In this document: positions 55,613-64,000 of the stretch, in pieces
Layout of the letters: each line of letters starts with the position of its first letter
Position numbering within the stretch: the stretch's first letter is position 1
DNA from: Eledone cirrhosa
Lineage: Eukaryota
Direction: 5' to 3'
Length of the DNA stretch: 64,000 nt
Assembly: GCA_964016885.1 (NCBI GenBank)
Contig: CAXHJY010001304.1
Span: 1 to 64,000, forward strand
The notes under the pieces: model-generated
Database searches by the model: none
What the model saw: only the letters and a program-made list of their open reading frames with translations
What the model was told of the DNA's origin: nothing
Program-made: the position numbers and the translations under genes

Positions 55613-56818
55613 TTAAAATCACATCTGAATAGTAGAAATGCTATAATTTCAGTAAATTCCTTAGCTGTGTCTATTACTAGGTACAGTGTGAGAATTCTTA
55701 AATGGAATGTAAACGAGTAAAAAGGATTGGATAGAAAGACAAGGAAATTAATGACTACCTACAATATGTTTAATAAAAAGGGCAATGTTGATAGACTGTA
55801 CTTAAAGAGATTTGAAGGTGGGAGAAGTCTTATCAGGAGTGGAGGACTGTGTTCAGAGGGAGAAGAGCTGTTCACACAAATATATGTCTGGGAGTAATGA
55901 GTCAATGCTTAGGGCTGTATTGAAGGAGCAGACAATAGACCAGGGGATGTCCAAAAGAGAAGTAACAGCAGAATGACATGAATGAAAAAGCCCTTCAGAG
56001 CATCTTCTTGTAGAAAACAGAATTCAGGAATCTCAGACATGGGACTGGTTAAGAAAAGGGGACCTTAAGAAAGCTACAGAGGGAATGCAACTAATTGCAC
56101 AGGAGCAAGCTTTTAGAATGAAGTGGATGAAACATCATATTGATAAGGAGGAGGCTAGCCCACTCTGTAGGATCTGTGGAGAGGGAGAAGAAACTGTAGC
56201 TCATATTGCATCTAAGTGTAAACACCTAGCCCAGACTCACTATAAAAGAAGGAGGCATGATATCATAGGAAAAGTGATCCACTGGCATTTATGCAAACTG
56301 AATAATTTACTTCATTCAATGAAGTGGTATGAGCATAAGCAAGAGTCAGTGATAGAAAATGATCGGGTGATAGTACTGAGGGATTTCAGAATACAAACAG
56401 ATAAAGAATTAGAACACAATAGGCTTGATCTGGTGGTTTTTGACAAGGAAAAAAGATCTTGCTTGATTATAGATGTAGCTTGCCTCTTTAACACAATAAA
56501 AGGAGAAGAAGGAAATTAACTGGTACCAGGATCTAAAGTGGAAACTGAAAAAGCTTTGGGACTGTCATGAGATCAAGGTTGTCCCCATTGTCACAGGAGA
56601 ACTAGGTACTATATTGAAGAGTTTCCAAGGCAGGTTAAAGAACAATAGTCCAACCCCCTTTTTGGGAACAATGCCTACTGGGAACAGCAAGGACACTCCA
56701 ATACATCCTCAATATCTGGGGCTGCATGTAGCAGCTTGTTCATTTGGGCAAATTTTCCAGTTAAATAACATTAACGACTGGGATATCAAATTCATAATAT
56801 AATAACAATAATAATAAA
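55613..56818 (+). mobile_element. Third, 5'-truncated R4-clade copy related to the second
   Basis: Collinear with 54415-55595; CRIC..HIASKC, RHD, NRLDLV; multiple stops; AAT-rich tail. Confidence 0.87.
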
Positions 56819-57349
56819 TTTAATTAGAGTCAACAAAAATCTTTCCAAAGGAATTCATCAAATTGAAGCAATAATTCTGGTTATTGTGGAAGGAAACATA
56901 TTATTGAAAGATGCCCTGCTTTCAAATTAAACTGTCATAATTGTGGAAAAATTGGATATTTCATAAAGTTTGTCAATGTGAGGTTGTTCATAATTTAAGT
57001 ATAGAGCAAACTGAAAGGCATATTGACATAGGGAGTGATGGCAATTACAATGCAATTCTATTATCTGGAAATCAATGAAGAAATGGTGTTAAGATAAGCT
57101 GTGAACTAAATTGAATATCTGGAGATATGCAAACTGAATCTAGTGCCACTTGTTTTATTTTGTCAGAAAATATTGTTGTCTCCTTGAGATCACCAATTAA
57201 TCCTTTTGATACCAACCTGCTCAAAGTTACCTTTGGTTCTATGAAACAAAACAACCTGTTTTAAAAGGTTTTTATTTAAATAAAAATCTTCCAGCATGAT
57301 TTGGCATAAGAACCTTTTGTTAAATTATATTATAAATACCATCTTCATA

Positions 57350-57572
57350 AATGTTTCTGATTTAGGCACAAGGTCAACAATTTAGCGGGAAGAGGAAATT
57401 CAATTATATCAACCTCAGTATTTTACTGGTATTTCATTTTATTGACCTCAGAAGCATGAAAGGCAAAGTTGACCTCATCGTTGAGATTTGAACACAGAAT
57501 GTAGAAAGTCATAAGTAAATACTGCAAAGCATTTTGTCCAACTCTCTACTGATACTGCAAATCCACCACTCT
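57350..57572 (-). mobile_element. Old SINE copy
   Basis: TTTAGGCACAAGG...ATGAAAGGCAAAGTTGACCTC...GATTTGAAC. Confidence 0.75.
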
Positions 57573-58663
57573 CATACCATCTTGATAATAAAATAATTAA
57601 TTATTTTGGTAAATCCCACCAAATTCTTCATCGATAAATTCAAATAGAGTATTTTAAATATTATGAATATGACAACGAAAGACAACGACTTAAGTCTTCA
57701 TCACATTACCTTATTACATTTAATGGTTTAGAATTACTGACTATTAGCGAAATACACCATGTTATCTGTCATAACAATAATTCTCATTTTGATCAGATTG
57801 TAGTTGTTAAAAGTCTCCATAACTTTGGATTGATTGTGATCTACTTGATAGTGGTGTGTTATCTTTTTGTTTTAATTTATATGAAAGTCTAAAGTCAGTT
57901 AGTAATTTCAGAACTGCAATTGTTTTCACCCTTTTGATACTAGCTGGCCAAAATCATTTCTTGTTCATTGAAACAAAACCACCCACTTTAAAGGGCTCCT
58001 ATTTAAAATAAAATCTTGCAACATAATTTAAAATTTTTGTTATTATATATTTGTTAAATTACTATCTTAATAACAAAATAATACTTTCAGTGAATCCCTC
58101 AAAATTGTTTATCAATTAATTGAAATTAAGTGTATTACATTAGAAATGTAGGCATGAAAGGGTTAATCCCTTCAACTAAAGATAAAATTCGTCCTGTTAG
58201 GCCAGAGCTTATTCAATTGAAAAACAAAGTTAATAAAGAGTTTATAAGATTACAACAGATGGGAATAATTATCCCATGAAGTTTTTAATAATCCATCAAT
58301 CATAGTCTCGGTGTGAAAAAAATATGGCAGCTTATGTATGTGCATAGATTTAGAGCTGCACAAAATTAGATTTAGAACTACACAAGCAGAAGTCAAGGGT
58401 GTGTTGAAATAATCACTGGAGCTTCTGTTGAAAGGAATATGCAATGGATTCAGAAGGAGGGGAGCTGAACAAAGTAAAATCTCCACCCTATTAAAGAATT
58501 AACTAACATCCAAACTTGTATTCCAACCATTTCATAAAGATGAGCCTGTAATTCTAGGAGTTGATACCTCACAGTATTCTGCTGCTAGAATAATGTATCA
58601 GAAGAAACATCCTGTTGTTTACAGAAGTCATAATCTCACTGAATAGGAATGCAATTGGTTTAA

Positions 58664-58881
58664 CCCTTTAGCATTTACATGACTCTATATATACTATTAT
58701 ATTTTCACCTACGCTTTACCTCACATAATTATCTCACATAATATCGAATCTATGAGATTTTGATGTTATATATTTTGAGAACAATACCTCAACATCAGTA
58801 TGAGCAGCTGGTTATAGCCGGTTTGAACAGAAAGAGGTTAGAGAATTCTGGCTGGATACAGCCGGTTTAAATGCTAAAGGG
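58664..58881 (+). mobile_element. piggyBac-type MITE (218 bp)
   Basis: TTAA TSD on both sides; 14-bp TIR CCCTTTAGCATTTA. Removing it restores the Gypsy RNase H frame (NWFNTERE). Confidence 0.9.
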
Positions 58882-59089
58882 TTAATACAGAAAGAGAAAC
58901 ATATGTACATTGGATTGGGTGTTCATAGACTCAGGCACTTTCTTTTTGGAACTAATCATAAACCTTTGAAGTACTAATGCTCTGGTGGTTTGTTCTTGAA
59001 CCTCTCAAAGAATAGTTAGATGAGGTATTGTCCTTTGTAACGATTTGACATTTATCCATTGTCCTTGTTACAATTTGATTTTATCATTA

Positions 59090-59205
59090 GTTGGCAGTAT
59101 TGGTAGAGGTTTGGACGCCATGCTTTGCAGCAAAGAGTTACGGCCCTTTGTGGTCTGAGTTCAAATCCCGCCGAGGTTAACTTTGCCTTTCATCCTTATG
59201 AGGAT
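59090..59205 (+). mobile_element. 3'-truncated young SINE
   Basis: A-box, B-box and start of the core domain. Confidence 0.82.
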
Positions 59206-60742
59206 TTACTACGAATACTGATGATGAACATAATGAACTGGATAATGAGATTGAAATGGATTAAGAATGTCCAAATGTTGCAATTATTTCTCATTTGAAA
59301 AATTATTGTGGTTTGGAAAACAGGGAAACTTGTGGGCTGTGCAAGAGATGAAGACATACTACACATTTCAAATGATAGTCTTCCACAAGTGTTACTGAGT
59401 AAAAGGTAGTCTGCTTGTAGAATAGATTATTTTCTCCAAGCTGCAGTGCAGCTATGGGTGAAGAACTTGGCAAACATAGAACTGTACATGAGATGTAGAG
59501 AAACATGCCTAAAAAGATGATTTTATTCACTTGCCTAGCTGTTCTACAAAGAATAGTTAGCATAGAACTGGTAGAACCCCAGCTAGTCAACTGTGCTAAA
59601 GGGAAGTGTGGAAGCTCTGCGTAGTTGTGAGGTGGGTAGACAAAATAAGTTACTGATCAGACAACTCAACAGATGCAGAAATGGTGATGGTTTAGTAGAA
59701 GCTGGAAACAGGATTAAGAATATTTAGAGTGTTTGTGCATCAATCAGTGATGTATATGTCCTCAATACAGAATGAGATATGACTAAAGTATTCATCAACA
59801 GCCTCATCATCATCATCGTTTAATGTCCATCTTTCATGCTAGCATGGGTATTGTTAGTAGTTAAAGAAGTTTGGAGAAGGGTAAAAAAAACAAGTGTTCA
59901 GATAAGTGGAGGAAGAAGGCTTGAACCGCAACATTTTGATGTTTTTGTAGCTGATACAAAATTAAGAGAAGTGAGAGAAAGGGAGAGTGGAATCTGCATA
60001 TGCACAGATACTGATACCAACTCTCAGAATGAATTTTGAATAGAGAGTGTTGCCTGGACAACAGAGATGGACTATAGATCAGGGGTGAGAAATTTGTTTG
60101 TCAGAGAAGAATAGAATATGTGCTTTACACGTTAATAAGATGTAACATCTAGGGCCTTGGTTGGATCAAAGTTCAGGGATGATGAAACAATTTATTAAAT
60201 TTGCTGATTTATCTTCTGCAGGTTTGCTAGTTATGCAATGCTGGCTCTCTATGATTCATCTTCAGCAGTACACACTCTTATCACTTGTCATGATCCCTTT
60301 TTATCTGATATATACACTAGAAAAATGCCAATTTTTGTTGTGTATGTCATGCATTAAAAATTTCTTTTTTTTGCAGGTTTTTTATGGAGAAATGCATTTC
60401 TTATGATCAGTATAGGTCAGATGACTTTTTTCCTTTGCTGCAGAACACGAGTTACCTGCCAAGACTAAAAAGTGCCATCTATTTTGCATTAGTTTTTATG
60501 CAGCTGCTTGCAGAATATACATCACTGCCATTTCTTCCTTTTGGAGGATGGTTTTTGCAACTGAACGCTCTTCCTATTGTCAACCATTTTCCAACATGGA
60601 TGAAGAGTGTTTTGTTGTCACTACCACAAAAGAATCTCTGGTGCTCTGTATCAGAGTTATTGCCCTTCTAGATGGGTTGCTTTCATGACAACTTATGTAT
60701 TCCATGTCTCCTCTGTTTCTCTGATTATGATTAAGTATTTAA

Positions 60743-60963
60743 CCCTTTAGCATTTAAACCGGCCATATCCATCTGGAATTCTCTCATCTCTTTCTGTTCA
60801 AACTGGCCATAACTGGCTGCTCATGCTTATGTTAAGGTATTGTTCTCAAAATAAATAATATGAAAATCTCATAGATTCGATATTATGTGAGACAATTATG
60901 TGAGGTAAAGACTTTATCATGAAAATATAATAGTAAATATAGAGTAATATAAATGCTAAAGGG
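60743..60963 (-). mobile_element. piggyBac-type MITE, opposite orientation
   Basis: TTAA TSD; same 14-bp TIR; interior is the reverse complement of 58664-58881. Confidence 0.9.
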
Positions 60964-61141
60964 TTAAATACAGCTCCTCTTCTGATATTAGTAACAAATC
61001 CAATATTTTTATTGACCAAAATTTTGCCATTTTCTTGGTTTTATTGATCAAATGATGCAATGATGTACACTATATTTCTGTTGACCCAATTTTACAAATA
61101 TACTTATTCACGTTCTTAATTCATATATTCTCAATGTATGA

Positions 61142-61142
<1 letters not shown>

Positions 61143-61185
<43 letters not shown>

Positions 61186-61213
61186 GGGTGTGCACATGCG
61201 TGTGTGTTTGTGT
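61143..61213. repeat. (GT)n microsatellite
   Basis: Read directly from the sequence. Confidence 0.95.
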
Positions 61214-61899
61214 GAGATTAATATTTGCTTTTATACACATATATGTAAAGATATGTGTATGTATTTTGATATCATTAATAATCATTATAAAAAAAATAAC
61301 ATATGTGAACTTTGTTCCAATCTAGACCTCTCCCAATCACTTCTACTATCACACAAACTACATATCTTGTTTGCACTCTTAGAGACACAAATCACCCACC
61401 CCTTATCTCTGCTGTCCAGGCTACAATCCATATTCCAACTTTTACTCTAAAAGGTTGTGTATTCATGTACGTAGAATCCATTCCCCTACCAATGCCCTCT
61501 CTTACTTTGATTTCAGAAACAAAAATCAGTTACACTGGTTCAAAATATTTTTTCTCGTTCCTCTACATGTATCTGCTGTCTCTATTACTTTAAAAATACT
61601 TCTAGCTACCAGTAACTGTTCAGTTATCTCTTATCTCTCATTAAGGATATCTATCGCACACCACTCTTCCTCCTTAAATTTATTGTCTTTGGTGACTTGA
61701 ATTCCTCTTGGCTCTTGCACTCTTCCATACCAGCTCTTCTAGACAGAAGTTGAATCATTTGACATTCAGTGTAACAGTTAGGATCATCACTTACTCATAT
61801 TTCTAGCTTAAATACAGACTATATTTCATCTCCAAACTCAGCCTTTACCTGTTTCTGCACCCTATTAGATCCTCCAACCACTGTTGAATGAAGCCTATC

Positions 61900-62930
61900 C
61901 CCAACTAATTCACATACTCTACAACACTCTCACATCTGGTTGATGCCAGTTTTACACTGGCAATTAATATGCTTCACTTTTGATGCTTACCTGTTTCGCG
62001 TCTATCCAGAGAACATAGCAAAACTCACACTTTCCTTTGCATCAGTCATCACAGAACATCCACACTCTTCTGCAGAACATGGACCGGAGAGAGACCCAGC
62101 CTGCACTTCTGATGAGATGTCCACTTTTTAACCACCTCTGGGTCACTAAGGTCATTGTGCAGACTGTGTCCACAAGGGCTCTTGACAGCTTCTCCCCATC
62201 CAGAATCTCTACTATGGGCAGTGACTGCAAACCACCAGCACAGAAACTCCCCTGTGACCATTTTCCTGGTTGCAATTGTTGGTGATGTAGCCTGCTCACA
62301 TCGGTAGCAAATTATTTCAGGCTTCAGCTCTTTGTAGTCCCTTACCATGTGCGGACCCTGGTGCCTAAAGCACTGGCCTTTAAATACCTACAGCCAAGCA
62401 TTCATGGGGCTCTTCTCCCCTCATTGTTCGTTGATTGTTGTTGACCTCTATAGGCTTCTGTCGCTGCTAACACCACAGCATTATGCTCAACACCTCGTGC
62501 TAGCATGCGGGCCTGTGTAATCAGCTCGATCATGGACATTTTGTTGTTGCCTCACTAAAATTTCATCAGGCAAACATTCACAAACGTCATCTGCAAGGCC
62601 CTTTCTAGGTTTTTTCCTGTAAATTCAGCTAGTGTAGCCTCCCTCTGGATTTCCATCGAGAACAGGTTTACCTCACTTTTACTAGTTTGGCGAAAGCAGC
62701 AAACAATCCCTCAGTAAATGCCTCCTTGAGGTGCTGCTCAATGTTCTCTGCATTCAGTTGGTCTGTCTGGTCCATTTCAAGGTATAATGCCAGTGTGTTA
62801 CCCTCAATATACAGCATCATGAGGCCTGCCACATTTTCAATCCCATTTGCACCAACCAATTTCATCTTCCTAATCCAGGCAATAATGTCTTCCTTGTCAC
62901 TGAAGGCTTTAATTGTGTCATTACCAATTC
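61900..62930 (-). pseudogene. Decayed Gypsy gag-protease fragment from a second element
   Basis: AWIRKMKLV..LYIEGNTLALYLEM..IEQHLKEAFTEG; CFRHQGPHMVRD..CYRC knuckles; LPIVEI..RALVDTVCTMTLV protease motif. Confidence 0.75.
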
Positions 62931-62954
62931 TTATCTTTTATAAAAAATTAAGAT

Positions 62955-63640
62955 TAAGTGGGAATTGGCAGAGTCATGAGAATGTTGCATAAAATGTTTG
63001 TGGTATTTGTTCCAGTTCTCTGTGCTCTGAGTTAAAATCCCACTGAGGCGAACTTTGCCATTTATCCTTTTTTTGGTTGATAAATAAAATACCAGTCTAG
63101 TATTGGAGACTAATTTTCTGCTATATCTTTCTTTGACTCCTCTATCACACTCTCTTCTACTCTGGAAGAAATTGGCAGTGTTCAAAACTGAAAAGGGATA
63201 GGCTCTGCCAGGTTTAGCAAATGCTTAAGAAAAGTTGTATGTCCCTAAGACACCCTAAAACTCCACCAGGAGTTACAGGTCCATACAAATATTGAGATTA
63301 AATAAAGTACTGCAAAATGTAATAAGTTTGGAGCTTCAAGAGAATGAATAGATACTGGTTTTATTAAGTTCATTGTTACTGAAATTTTTACTGGAATTTG
63401 ATTTTCTACCAAATAAAAGTTATTGATTTCTAATTTGGGCACAAGTCCAGCAAATTTTAGAGGAAGGCAAAGTTGATTAAATCAACCCCAGTACTTGACT
63501 AGAACTCTATTTTTTCAACTAGAAAAGGATGAAAGGTTAAGTTAGCTTCAACAAGATTTGAACTCAGAATGTAAAAAAACAGAATAAATACTACAATGGT
63601 ATTTTATCTGATATGCTACCAATACTGCTAATCCACTTAC
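62955..63640. mobile_element. Two old SINE copies (+ at about 62955-63245, - at about 63420-63635)
   Basis: GAGTTAAAATCCCACTGAGGCGAACTTTGCC; AAAGGATGAAAGG..GATTTGAACTCAGAA. Confidence 0.7.
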
Positions 63641-64000
63641 TCTTCAACCAAACAAAAAGAAGACAGTATACATTATATGTAGGATGTAAAATCTATCTAC
63701 AAATGACTGTGGGCTCTCACTGAGAGAAAAGCTTTAACTAAGTTGATAAATATTTGAGAGAGATCTTAATTTGTCATGCACAATTTCTTAGATTTGACAC
63801 AATTGTAATTGTTATAGTTTAACCCCAATAAGGAACATCCTGCTCAACAGACATTTTGAAAATTTTACCAATTAGATTTTTCACTTAGAAACAATATTAT
63901 TATAATATATATTTAAACAAAATAAAAACAAAACTATGGCTATAAACCTTTCCATTCTTAAGTTTAATGTTATGTTCAATTTAGTTTAGCCCTGTATAAT

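Larger units (their letters stand above)
56830..59650 (+). pseudogene. Decayed Gypsy gag C-terminus and pol (knuckles, protease, RT, RNase H), interrupted by SINEs and MITEs
   Basis: YCGRKHIIERCPAFKLNCHNCGKIGYF (about 56880-56965), DIGSD (about 57025), KKYGSLCMCIDL (about 58315), ILGVDTSQY..HPVVYRSHNLT..NWFNTERE..TNHKPL (58550-58970). Confidence 0.7.

Noticed and set aside
48294-56818. Assignment to the HERO/NeSL or R2 clades
   Set aside because: No N-terminal C2H2/Myb domain; the N-terminal KW..E/GYRKRM motif and the WDF.IQTD..NRPD endonuclease context fit R4/Dong better. A phylogeny is still needed.

Overview
AT-rich eukaryotic genomic DNA, most likely a coleoid cephalopod (octopod-like). 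This is inferred from the SINE/RTE repertoire and the very long TA/CA microsatellites. The window is almost entirely nested transposable elements: two RTE LINE pieces with a PHD-like finger, older RTE/BovB relics, a GC-rich CRE-clade element with an N-terminal PHD finger, a full-length Tx1/L1 element inside an (AAT)n tract, three stacked R4/Dong-clade elements (one nearly intact), two R4-like 3' ends in (ATGT)n, a mariner, piggyBac-type MITEs, a non-coding LTR element with tRNA-Trp PBS and 4-bp TSD, two decayed Gypsy elements and many tRNA-derived SINEs. No host protein-coding gene can be named; only candidate first exons are visible. The most interesting signals are RNA structures and target preferences: a minimal hammerhead ribozyme in the microsatellite, a pseudoknotted 5' leader on the R4 element, an 89-bp hairpin+oligo-T array in the LTR element, a repeated pseudoknot module in the RTE 3' UTR, and several unrelated retroelements each sitting in a particular microsatellite. 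All folds and alignments were done by eye, and TE boundaries are approximate unless a TSD or TIR is quoted.
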